A stretch of 64,000 bases of DNA from contig DHTA01000005.1 in the NCBI GenBank assembly GCA_002408565.1, positions 178,383 through 242,382 of the forward strand, in the 5' to 3' direction. The stretch comes from Patescibacteria group bacterium UBA5272. Lineage in GTDB: Bacteria; Patescibacteriota; Minisyncoccia; Phycocordibacterales; UBA5272. The notes below the pieces were generated by a model, which was not told the origin of the DNA, made no database searches, and saw only the letters and a list, made by a program, of their open reading frames with translations. Positions 56,168 to 64,000 of the stretch are shown here, piece by piece. Position numbers and translations under genes: made by a program. Within the stretch, counting starts at the first letter, position 1, and every line of letters begins with the position of its first letter.

Positions 56168-57235
56168 CTACTCCAAAGAATCCTCATTTAGTGGAATTTT
56201 AGAAATGACAATTCTGGTATTTTTTCCTTCTTCACTTTGAATAACAAAACTCCAATTATTGGAATGAACTATACCGTTTACAATGGAAAGTCCTATACCG
56301 GTGCCAGAAAACTCTTCTTCCACATTTTTACCCCTATAAAATCTTTCGCTAATCTTTGGAAGCTCTTCTTTTTTAATTCCTATTCCAGTATCAAAAACTT
56401 CTATCTTTAAGTACCTTTTACCCAAACTTTTATATTCAGACAAGGAAACTTTTACTTCTCCAGAATTTGTATATTTAAAACTATTAGAAATAACATTGTT
56501 AAAAATCCTCTCTAAATGTATCGAGCTAGCTTTGATGTGTTTATTTGGCTTAAGTTTGTTGTCTATAGAAAATTTTACTAATTCATGTTTTTTATTTTCT
56601 AAGTTTCTATAAGATTTTTCAATGACTTCGACTATTTCTGCCACAGTCACATTTTCTTGCTTATTTTCAACATACTTTATTCTAGCCTCGAACAACAAAT
56701 CATCTATTAAATTTGTCATGCCAGATATTTCTTTCAAGATTACTTCTGTTCCCTCTTTAGCTTCTTCTAATTTTCTTTTTGCGTCTTCATCTTTCTCAAT
56801 CTTTTCAGCTTTTTCTATTTTACTAGACAAGATTTCAGCTCTCATATTTATAACAGATAATGGTGTACGCAATTCATGAGAGAGATTGGAAGCAAACTTA
56901 GTTTGTACATTTGTTATATATTCTATCGGTTCTAACATTTTCTTCACAAGTCTATCAAAAAGAGTGACGCTCACTACAAAAATTATAATATCTGAAACTA
57001 TTAAAAGAAAAATAGTTTGCTCTCTCAAGTTTTGAAAAAGTTCTTCAGCATCCACATAATAGGCAATCTCGTCACTTCTAAAAACTGGCGCAATCTGATA
57101 AATAATATCCTGAGTCAAAAGACTGTAAACCACGAAAGAAAAGGAACCTAAAATCACAAAAACAAAAATAGCAGCTATTAAATCAAGCTTTAATCTTGTG
57201 GAAGTAAAAAGATTTTGTCTGGTTTTTTTAATCAT
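56168..57235 (-). CDS. sensor histidine kinase
   Basis: Two TM helices, H-box SHELRTPL, and N/G boxes (FDTGIGI, GTGIGLSIV). Confidence 0.85.
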   Translation of the reverse strand: MIKKTRQNLFTSTRLKLDLIAAIFVFVILGSFSFVVYSLLTQDIIYQIAPVFRSDEIAYYVDAEELFQNLREQTIFLLIVSDIIIFVVSVTLFDRLVKKMLEPIEYITNVQTKFASNLSHELRTPLSVINMRAEILSSKIEKAEKIEKDEDAKRKLEEAKEGTEVILKEISGMTNLIDDLLFEARIKYVENKQENVTVAEIVEVIEKSYRNLENKKHELVKFSIDNKLKPNKHIKASSIHLERIFNNVISNSFKYTNSGEVKVSLSEYKSLGKRYLKIEVFDTGIGIKKEELPKISERFYRGKNVEEEFSGTGIGLSIVNGIVHSNNWSFVIQSEEGKNTRIVISKIPLNEDSLE

Positions 57236-57239
57236 TTTC

Positions 57240-57998
57240 TTAATTAAAAACTAACTTATAACCAACTCCTCGTATTGTCTCAACTCTTCCAGAAAAATTA
57301 TTTTTTTGTAATTTGCTTCGTAAGTTGTGAACATGAACATCTACAAATCGGCTGCTCGGAGTCTCGGACTCTTTCCAAATTCTTTCCAGTATATCTTCTT
57401 TGCTGACAGCCTCGCCATCTCCTTCTAATAAAATTTCAAAAATGTCTGATTCTTTATTAGTAAGAGAAACAATCTTTTCTTTTCCTTCTTCTTTTTTTAT
57501 AAGAATTTCTCCTAAACTAGCATTAAAAACAAAGCTAGAATTTTTATTATTGTGAATAATTTCTTTTTTGCTAGATTTTTCAGTCGAGTAAGAGATTGTG
57601 TTTTTGGTTGGATTATTTTTTTGTAAATTCCTTCTATAAATAGAATGAATTCTAGCGGTCAATTCTTTCACATTAAATGGTTTTACCATATAATCGTCCG
57701 CTCCCGCTGCCAAACCAAAAACTTTATCATCCACAGTATCTTTAGCTGTTAAAATAATTATTCCGCTTTCTGTCCCAAGATTTTTAATTTCTCTTAAAGT
57801 TTCAATACCATCTTTCAGGGGCATCATTCTGTCTAAGATAATCACGTCAAACTCTTGATTCTCTTTTTGTAATTCCTTAACCTTAGAAATAGCCTGTACC
57901 CCATTAAAAGCCACTTCCACGTTAAAGCCTTCTTCTTCTAAATAAAGCTTTATTCCTTCATTCAATTTCACATTATCTTCTACAACCAATATTTTCAT
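57240..57998 (-). CDS. OmpR-family response regulator
   Basis: Receiver domain MKILVVEDN...ILDRMMPLKDG and winged-helix output RVETIRGVGYKLV. Confidence 0.85.
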   Translation of the reverse strand: MKILVVEDNVKLNEGIKLYLEEEGFNVEVAFNGVQAISKVKELQKENQEFDVIILDRMMPLKDGIETLREIKNLGTESGIIILTAKDTVDDKVFGLAAGADDYMVKPFNVKELTARIHSIYRRNLQKNNPTKNTISYSTEKSSKKEIIHNNKNSSFVFNASLGEILIKKEEGKEKIVSLTNKESDIFEILLEGDGEAVSKEDILERIWKESETPSSRFVDVHVHNLRSKLQKNNFSGRVETIRGVGYKLVFN

Positions 57999-58025
57999 AC
58001 CTAAAATTATAACAAATGTTAAGAA

Positions 58026-58064
58026 AATAAAAAACCTCTATTTTAACAATAAATTAAAATAGAG
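58026..58064 (-). terminator. rho-independent terminator after the 69-aa ORF
   Basis: CTCTATTTTAA..(6)..TTAAAATAGAG forms a 10-11-bp stem, followed by a T-run on the minus strand. Confidence 0.5.
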
Positions 58065-58077
58065 ATTAAATAAGTCT

Positions 58078-58287
58078 TTAGTTTTTTTGGCACACTTCAA
58101 TCATTTTTTCAACCAGAAGAGAATCTTCTTTGTTGATTTCTTTATATTTCTCAAAAAAATCATCCAGAGCTTTTTGTTCTTCACAAGAAAGAAAATTTTT
58201 CTCATAATAAGGCCGCATTTTCTTCTCAAGCTCTATTCTTTTTTGAGCTATAATTCCCCTTTCTTCCATTAACTCTTTAAAATTCAT
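58078..58287 (-). CDS. hypothetical small protein (69 aa)
   Basis: An ORF with its own terminator. The sequence is helical and charged, and I recognise no family. Confidence 0.35.
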   Translation of the reverse strand: MNFKELMEERGIIAQKRIELEKKMRPYYEKNFLSCEEQKALDDFFEKYKEINKEDSLLVEKMIEVCQKN

Positions 58288-58361
58288 TTTTTCAAATTTT
58301 AAATTGTAAATACTGGCTTTAGTATAAAGAATATTTCAAAAAAGTCAAAAAGTAAGCTTTA

Positions 58362-59336
58362 TTATTCTTCATCATCTGTACCAAATTCTCCTGTAAAATT
58401 TGCTAAAGCTTCTACGATTTCCGTCATCTCTCCAGACATTATTTTTGATAAATTATGCCAAGATTCTTTTATTCTATGGTCAGTAATCCTATCTTGTGGA
58501 AAATTATAAGTTCTAATTTTTTCACTCCTATCCCCTGTTCCAACTTGTTCTCTTTTAGCATCACTACTTTCTTTAGAAAACCTCTCTTCTTCCATTTGAT
58601 CTAATCTAGCTTGCAACATTTCCATAGCTTTCTCTCTGTTCTTTAATTGACTTCTTTCTATAGTACACTTCACAGCAATACCAGTCGGCTTATGAATCAA
58701 ACGAACAGCCGTCTCCACCTTGTTAACATTTTGTCCTCCAGCTCCACCAGAACGAGAAGTTTCCATTTCTATATCAGCTGGATTAATTGTAATTTTTTTA
58801 ATTTTACGAATTGGCATAACGGCTACAGTTACAGTGGAAGTATGAACTCTTCCATTTTTTTCGGTATCAGGAACTCTTTGTACTCGATGTACCCCCATTT
58901 CATATTTAAACAAATCCCAAGCTCGTGAACCCTTGATTTCGAAAGAGACATCCTTATAACCGCCCACATCAGAGACACTCTCGTCTAATTTTTCAAAAGA
59001 GCATCTATTATTAAGAGCAAAGTTTTGATACATATTAGCCAGTTCAGCTGCAAATAAAGAAGACTCATCCCCTCCGGCTCCAGCCGCAATTTCTAAAATT
59101 AAAGATTTTGGCTTCTCTTCCTCTTCTTTATCTTTATCTAAAATTTCAGACATATCTTTCCAAAGAGTTTCTTTTTGAGTGTGAATATTTTTCAACTCAT
59201 CTTCAGCTACCTCTTTTAATTCTTCATCAAATAATAGAGAATTAGCTTCCTCTTCTTTTTTTAAAAGATCTTCATAGGAAGGAAAAATATATTTTGTCTT
59301 ATCATTATTTCTAAAATCTTCTTCTGTGTAAGTCAT
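58362..59336 (-). CDS. prfA: peptide chain release factor 1
   Basis: GGQ motif [11 protein letters not shown]. The RF1-type P-x-T tripeptide region [17 protein letters not shown] is present rather than the SPF of RF2. Confidence 0.8.
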   Translation of the reverse strand: MTYTEEDFRNNDKTKYIFPSYEDLLKKEEEANSLLFDEELKEVAEDELKNIHTQKETLWKDMSEILDKDKEEEEKPKSLILEIAAGAGGDESSLFAAELANMYQNFALNNRCSFEKLDESVSDVGGYKDVSFEIKGSRAWDLFKYEMGVHRVQRVPDTEKNGRVHTSTVTVAVMPIRKIKKITINPADIEMETSRSGGAGGQNVNKVETAVRLIHKPTGIAVKCTIERSQLKNREKAMEMLQARLDQMEEERFSKESSDAKREQVGTGDRSEKIRTYNFPQDRITDHRIKESWHNLSKIMSGEMTEIVEALANFTGEFGTDDEE

Positions 59337-59411
59337 ATTTATAAATTTATTATATCGTTAATTACCCAAAATAAAAACACCCGAAAAATACGAATGTTTT
59401 TATTTTGTGAG

Positions 59412-59645
59412 TTAAGCTTTTTTAGTCTTAGCTTTAACTTCTGCCGCTTTAGCAATCTTTTTCTTGAATCTATCCACTCTTCCTGCAGTGTCGAGAACTT
59501 TTTCTTGTCCTGTGTAAAAAGGATGACATTTTGAGCAGATTTCTACCTCTATTTCTTTTTTGGTAGAACCTACTACATATTTAGCACCACAAGCGCAAGT
59601 AGCTACAGCGTCAGCAAAATATTCTCCATGTAAATCTTTTTTCAT
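59412..59645 (-). CDS. rpmE: 50S ribosomal protein L31
   Basis: MKKDLHGEYF...CACGAKYVVGST...CSKCHPFYTGQ. Start trimmed from the track's upstream extension. Confidence 0.85.
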   Translation of the reverse strand: MKKDLHGEYFADAVATCACGAKYVVGSTKKEIEVEICSKCHPFYTGQEKVLDTAGRVDRFKKKIAKAAEVKAKTKKA

Positions 59646-59700
59646 AAATTTAGTTTTTCGTAAGTCTAAAAATATTATCACAAAAAACAAGAAAAATCAA

Positions 59701-60825
59701 CTATATTCTAAATTCTATCACGTCACCATCTTTAACTATATATTCTTTTCCTTCTGTGCGAACTAGCCCTTTTTCTCTAGCCATTTTGTACCCATTAAAT
59801 TCTAATAAATCTCTGCTCGCAACAACTTCGGCTCGAATAAATTTATTTTGAAAATCTGTATGAATAGCAGCAGCCGCTACCGGAGCAGTAGATCCTTTTT
59901 TGAAGGTCCAGCCTCTAGTCTCATCCTCTCCTGTAGTAAAATAAGTTTCCAGCCCAAGCATTTTATAACTTTCAGCAATAAGATTATGAATGCCATCATC
60001 ACAAACACCCCCTCCAGAAATCTCTTGTCTCATGACACTTTTTTCTTCTCCTTCAAAATCTTTTAAATCGTCCTCCACTTTAGCGTCTATTAAACAATAA
60101 TTAAAGTCATTTTCTTTAAAATAATTTAAAAGTTTTATATATCGCTCATCACTCACCTCGTCCAAATTTTTGGCGCCACATTTTTTATTTAAAGCGTACA
60201 TGATTGGCTTCATGGTAATTAAGTGAAGCTCTTTTAAAAATTTCAAAAATTCTTCATCCTTTGCAAGATTTTCTTCCAACAAAATACTTCTGGCTAACTT
60301 TTCACTTTCTAAAATATTTTTCAATTTTAAAAGTAAATCTTTGAACTTGATAGCCTCCTTGTCTCCTTTTTTAACTTCTTTTTCAATAGTTTCCAGCCTT
60401 TTACTCACTGTTGCCAAATCTGCTAAAATTAATTCCATATTAATAATCTGAATGTCTGAAAGTGGATCAATTCTATTTTCCACATGAATCTGTTTGTCAT
60501 CTTCAAAAAGTCTCACAACCTCCAAAATAGCGTCTGTGTCTCGAATATGTTGAAGAAATTTATTTCCAAGCCCAGCCCCTTCACTAGCGCCTTTTACCAA
60601 ACCTGCAATATCTACAAATTCCACTATTGCTGGAATAGTTTTTTTGGAATTACTCATTTTAGAAAGTTGATAAAGACGATTATCTTCTACTTCCACGATT
60701 CCAACCGAAGGATCAATTGTACAAAAAGGATAGTTTTCAGCCGGTACGCTATTTTTTGTTAGCGCGTTAAAAAGTGTACTTTTGCCAACATTTGGCAATC
60801 CGACTATCCCAATAGAGAGTGACAT
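59701..60825 (-). CDS. ychF: ribosome-binding ATPase YchF
   Basis: IGIVGLPNVGKSTLFNALT and a C-terminal TGS domain (IVKDGDVIEFRI). Confidence 0.9.
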   Translation of the reverse strand: MSLSIGIVGLPNVGKSTLFNALTKNSVPAENYPFCTIDPSVGIVEVEDNRLYQLSKMSNSKKTIPAIVEFVDIAGLVKGASEGAGLGNKFLQHIRDTDAILEVVRLFEDDKQIHVENRIDPLSDIQIINMELILADLATVSKRLETIEKEVKKGDKEAIKFKDLLLKLKNILESEKLARSILLEENLAKDEEFLKFLKELHLITMKPIMYALNKKCGAKNLDEVSDERYIKLLNYFKENDFNYCLIDAKVEDDLKDFEGEEKSVMRQEISGGGVCDDGIHNLIAESYKMLGLETYFTTGEDETRGWTFKKGSTAPVAAAAIHTDFQNKFIRAEVVASRDLLEFNGYKMAREKGLVRTEGKEYIVKDGDVIEFRI

Positions 60826-60884
60826 AATTTTGTTAAACAGAAAAAATTATATTAAAAGCTATAAAAATAAATTCTGCTTTTATT

Positions 60885-61142
60885 TTATCTAATTACAGTT
60901 TTCTGAACACCAGCTTTTTCAGCTACTTCTTGAAGCTCTTTTTGATATTTCTTCATAACTTCAAAAGAAGCATACATTTCTGGTTTGCCTTTTTTGACTA
61001 ACTCCTTAGTTTCTTTGGCTATTTTTTCAAAAAGTTTTGGATCTTGTTCTACAAGATTGTTAATCATTTCTTTTTGATCTTCTGGTAATTTACGAGTTGC
61101 ATATTTTGCCGCCTCTTTTGTAAAAAATTGTTTTATTCCCAT
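60885..61142 (-). CDS. hypothetical small protein (85 aa)
   Basis: ORF only. The sequence is charged and helical, and I recognise no family. Confidence 0.35.
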   Translation of the reverse strand: MGIKQFFTKEAAKYATRKLPEDQKEMINNLVEQDPKLFEKIAKETKELVKKGKPEMYASFEVMKKYQKELQEVAEKAGVQKTVIR

Positions 61143-61163
61143 ATATTTTGATTATTATACAAA

Positions 61164-61216
61164 ATAAAAACCGTTTTGGAAATCCCTAAAAGGATTAAAG
61201 CTCCTAACGGTTTTTA
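61164..61216 (-). terminator. compound terminator hairpin downstream of the DsbA-like gene
   Basis: AAAACCGTT...AACGGTTTTT is an outer stem enclosing an inner AATCC/GGATT stem. Confidence 0.4.
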
Positions 61217-61233
61217 AAATTTAAAATTAATTG

Positions 61234-61953
61234 TTATTGACTAATTGGAGAAACCCCTAATCTTTGAAGTTCTGCTTCTATTCTAGATTGTATGTCTTCA
61301 GCTGACAATCTTAAGTCCTTCATCTCAAGACCATTCATAAAGACAAAAGGTGTGTGAGTTAAACCTAACTTTTTAGTTTCAGCTAAAGAATCGTTCACCA
61401 CCTTCTGAACTTCTCTGCTATCTCTGTCTAAAATAAATCTGGCCATGTCTAAATCCAAATCTCTTGCATAACCTTCTATTTTACTCTTTGCATCCATAGC
61501 ATTTCCCCAATCATTTTGTTTTTCATACAAAATATCATGCATTTCCCAGAATTTACCCTGATTACCTGCCGCTTCAGCAGATTGAGCCGCCAAAAAAGCG
61601 TTTGGATGAATAGAGGTTAATGGAAAATGTTTATAAGTTAAAGCAAGAGAAGAAGGTCCATATTTTTCTATAATATTTTTATAAACTTCAGGAAACACTT
61701 TTCCAAAACCAGCACAAGCTGGACATTGAAAATCAGAATAGGACACAATTCTGACCTTAGCGTCCAAATCTCCCATTGTTGTTTGTGTATTAGCAACTTT
61801 TCCAACTGACTGAGTGTCACTTTTATTTTTTTGACTAATAAAATAATTCAAACCAAAAAGAACGATAATTATAGTTAAAAGACTACCGACAACCACTACG
61901 GCATTATTTCTTTTTTTGCCATATTGAGAGGAGTGTTTTATTACGTTTGACAT
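61234..61953 (-). CDS. DsbA-like thiol:disulfide oxidoreductase, membrane-anchored (second copy in the window)
   Basis: N-terminal TM helix and FQCPACAGF (CxxC in a thioredoxin fold). Confidence 0.7.
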   Translation of the reverse strand: MSNVIKHSSQYGKKRNNAVVVVGSLLTIIIVLFGLNYFISQKNKSDTQSVGKVANTQTTMGDLDAKVRIVSYSDFQCPACAGFGKVFPEVYKNIIEKYGPSSLALTYKHFPLTSIHPNAFLAAQSAEAAGNQGKFWEMHDILYEKQNDWGNAMDAKSKIEGYARDLDLDMARFILDRDSREVQKVVNDSLAETKKLGLTHTPFVFMNGLEMKDLRLSAEDIQSRIEAELQRLGVSPISQ

Positions 61954-62018
61954 ATTGTTTTTAAAATTATTAGGTATAAAAAGATTATATCACATGAGTG
62001 TTTATAGAAAAGTTTCTC

Positions 62019-63857
62019 TTATCTATCTGGTGGAATTTCGTAATAATTAATTAAAAAATTAACTAGGTTGAAAAAAGATTCTTTTAAGGTTTGAGAAGCA
62101 TATTGAGCACCTCGAGGATCTACTTGATATAAGAAAATTATATATTTTGGATTTGTGGCCGGGAAATACCCAAAGAAAGAGTGAAGATACTTATCTTCAT
62201 AATATTTTTTGGTGATTGGATCTGGTATTTGCGCTGTACCAGTTTTTGCTGCTACAGTATAATTCGGATTTTTTGCATTCATAGCTCCATCCACTACTTC
62301 TGTTAAGATTTTGCTAATTATTTGGCTAGTGGAAGCATTTTTAAAAACTGAAACAGAATCATCTTGAGCTATAACTTTAGTTGTACCATTATCATAACTT
62401 ATACTCTCCACAATATGTGGAGTCACAAGTTTTCCCCCATTACCTAAAACCGCTAAAGCTCTGATGGTCTGAATTGGTGTGGTAGCGATACCTTGTCCAT
62501 AGCCAGCAGTCACCAAATCAATCGCTACTTTTGAATCGAGATTACCAGTCAAACCAGAAGCTTCAGAAGGTAAATCTATGCCTGTGTACTCCCCAAAACC
62601 AAACTCTTTAAAATAATGACTTAAATTATCTCCTCCCATCTTTTGAACTAAAAAAGCAATACCAACATTCAAAGATTCGGAAAGGATTTTTTGTAAAGAA
62701 GTATTTGGACCTCTGGCTCTTTTATCATAATTAGAAATACTGTAACCACTTAAAGTGATAGTTCCAGTGTCATTGTAAGTAGTATTTTCGTCAACCAAAC
62801 CCAAATCTAAAGCCGTAGCCACAGTTAAAGGTTTTATAATAGAACCCATTTCATAAACCCCAGAAATCAAATCGTTATTATAAAAAGCAATATCAGAAAC
62901 CTCCTTGTAATTATTAGGATCAAAAGAAGGAATTTCTTCCATGGCTATAATAGAGCCGTCATTTATATCCATAATAATAGCTCCTGCTTTCTGAGAATTC
63001 CATTTAGTTTTAGCCTCAGCTAAAACTTTAGCTGTGTATCTTTGCACATTTACATCAAGAGTTAAATTGATATCTCCTTCAGAAGAAGCGTATTGAAGCA
63101 TGCGAGATTTTTCTTCAATTTCTGAATCGCTAGAATTGAAATCTGAAAAAACTTCTGCAAAAAAATTAGCGTTTACAAGATTTTTCTTTTCTAAAACATC
63201 ATTATAGTATCTTTCTAATCCATACAAGCCCGTTTTTTTATCTTCAGAAAAGCCTACGAAACCAAAAACTTTAGCTCCGACACCTTTCTCAAAATAAACA
63301 CGACTTTTTTTTCTGTTCACAATAACACCTTTTAATCTTAAAGAGATTATATCGTTAGCAATATTTTCTGGAACATTTTTTAACAGAACTTCATAGCCTG
63401 ACTCAGTGTTGTGCATTTTCTCAAAAAAAGCCTGCCTATCTAAAAATATTACAACTGAAGAACTAGCATTGTCTTTAATAATTTCAGAATTATAATCTTC
63501 AAAAACTTTAGAAATTTTTACATAATAATCATTCTCTAAGGTAGCCAAATTCGACCCTTCACTCATTCTTTTTTGAAAAAACAAATCAATAGTTTTTGGA
63601 TCTATAGCTATATCATATTCGTTAGACATGGCTACTGCAGGAGAAAGTGCCTTGTTTTTATTGGTAAAAAAAATAGACCCTCTGTCAAAATTTTCTCCCG
63701 TATCATAAAAATATTGACTTTCTCCAGCTCTTTTGTATTCTGCTCCATGAATTACTTGTAAATAAAAAAGTCTTACGACAATTAAAATAAAAAATAAAAA
63801 AATAGCCAAAACAAAAATATTTATCCGGTTGTGAATTAATTTATTTTTCTCAGACAT
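62019..63857 (-). CDS. ftsI: penicillin-binding protein 2 / FtsI-type transpeptidase
   Basis: N-terminal TM helix; SxxK (GSIIKP), SxN (SESLN) and KTG (AAKTGTA) motifs. A strong SD, AGGAGGTGA, lies 6 nt upstream. Confidence 0.8.
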   Translation of the reverse strand: MSEKNKLIHNRINIFVLAIFLFFILIVVRLFYLQVIHGAEYKRAGESQYFYDTGENFDRGSIFFTNKNKALSPAVAMSNEYDIAIDPKTIDLFFQKRMSEGSNLATLENDYYVKISKVFEDYNSEIIKDNASSSVVIFLDRQAFFEKMHNTESGYEVLLKNVPENIANDIISLRLKGVIVNRKKSRVYFEKGVGAKVFGFVGFSEDKKTGLYGLERYYNDVLEKKNLVNANFFAEVFSDFNSSDSEIEEKSRMLQYASSEGDINLTLDVNVQRYTAKVLAEAKTKWNSQKAGAIIMDINDGSIIAMEEIPSFDPNNYKEVSDIAFYNNDLISGVYEMGSIIKPLTVATALDLGLVDENTTYNDTGTITLSGYSISNYDKRARGPNTSLQKILSESLNVGIAFLVQKMGGDNLSHYFKEFGFGEYTGIDLPSEASGLTGNLDSKVAIDLVTAGYGQGIATTPIQTIRALAVLGNGGKLVTPHIVESISYDNGTTKVIAQDDSVSVFKNASTSQIISKILTEVVDGAMNAKNPNYTVAAKTGTAQIPDPITKKYYEDKYLHSFFGYFPATNPKYIIFLYQVDPRGAQYASQTLKESFFNLVNFLINYYEIPPDR

Positions 63858-63865
63858 ATCACCTC

Positions 63866-64000
63866 CTATTGGTTAAAATTTTCTAGATCATTAGTGTTGG
63901 TGGTATTTTCGTATAAAAAAGAAAAACTTGCCGCCGCATCTTTTCTGATAGCAAAATTATTATTATTGGCTTCTACAAAACCATTTTTTAAAGCATATTC
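63866..64000 (-). CDS. partial CDS (C-terminal 44 aa) upstream of ftsI; possibly an FtsL-like division protein
   Basis: An in-frame open reading ...EYALKNGFVEANNNNFAIRKDAAASFSFLYENTTNTNDLENFNQ ends in TAG, 7 nt before the ftsI ATG. The function is guessed from the position in a dcw-like cluster. Confidence 0.35.
   Translation of the reverse strand, partial: EYALKNGFVEANNNNFAIRKDAAASFSFLYENTTNTNDLENFNQ

Noticed and set aside
1-64000. Alternative genetic code (UGA=Trp code 4 or UGA=Gly code 25)
   Set aside because: More than 6 kb of rpoB/rpoC, plus uvrA, uvrB and leuS, are full-length under the standard code with no in-frame TGA. TGA is merely rare as a stop.

Overview
This is an AT-rich (~30% GC) segment of a streamlined bacterial chromosome. 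The compact gene set suggests a Patescibacteria/CPR-like genome, but that is inference only. I see no rRNA, CRISPR array, transposase or integrase. The standard genetic code is in use, because the long conserved genes are uninterrupted by TGA.

Reading left to right, the window holds a partial membrane protein; a divergent tRNA cluster (Ala, Cys, Leu) abutting uppP; smc; topA; rel; an orphan parB; tRNA-Leu(CAA) followed by a sanA-like gene; miaA; gatB; obg; a promoter/small-ORF/terminator cassette; the dnaG-rpoD pair, where RpoD carries a lysine-rich tail; an isolated rpoB-rpoC with a long leader; an aquaporin; mnmA; a DEDDh exonuclease; mltG; and a patch of unknowns (507-aa membrane protein, a GC-atypical secreted 133-aa protein, a sigma-region-4/HARE-HTH protein).

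It continues with leuS; DUF1003 and DUF360 membrane proteins; a DsbA-like protein; a tRNA-Tyr-hit-sufS-sufU-sufC-sufT operon with no sufB/sufD; uvrA; a hypothetical lipoprotein; uvrB; a CapA-like phosphoesterase; DUF1653; tgt with a low-complexity insertion; a split transketolase with rpe and rpiB; a ribonucleotide reductase large subunit; gap; a two-component system; prfA (RF1); rpmE; ychF; a second DsbA-like gene; and ftsI.

Two window-wide patterns stand out. TGA is almost never used as a stop (1 of about 54 genes). The recognisable promoters are extended -10 elements of the form TGCTA(T/A/G)AAT with no clear -35; the two canonical TTGACA-spaced promoters both sit in front of small unknown ORFs. 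I found no clearly defined novel multi-gene system. The best candidates for follow-up are a GC-rich structured RNA island between uppP and smc, the small-ORF cassette between obg and rpoD, and the 30.4-33.5 kb block of unknown proteins.
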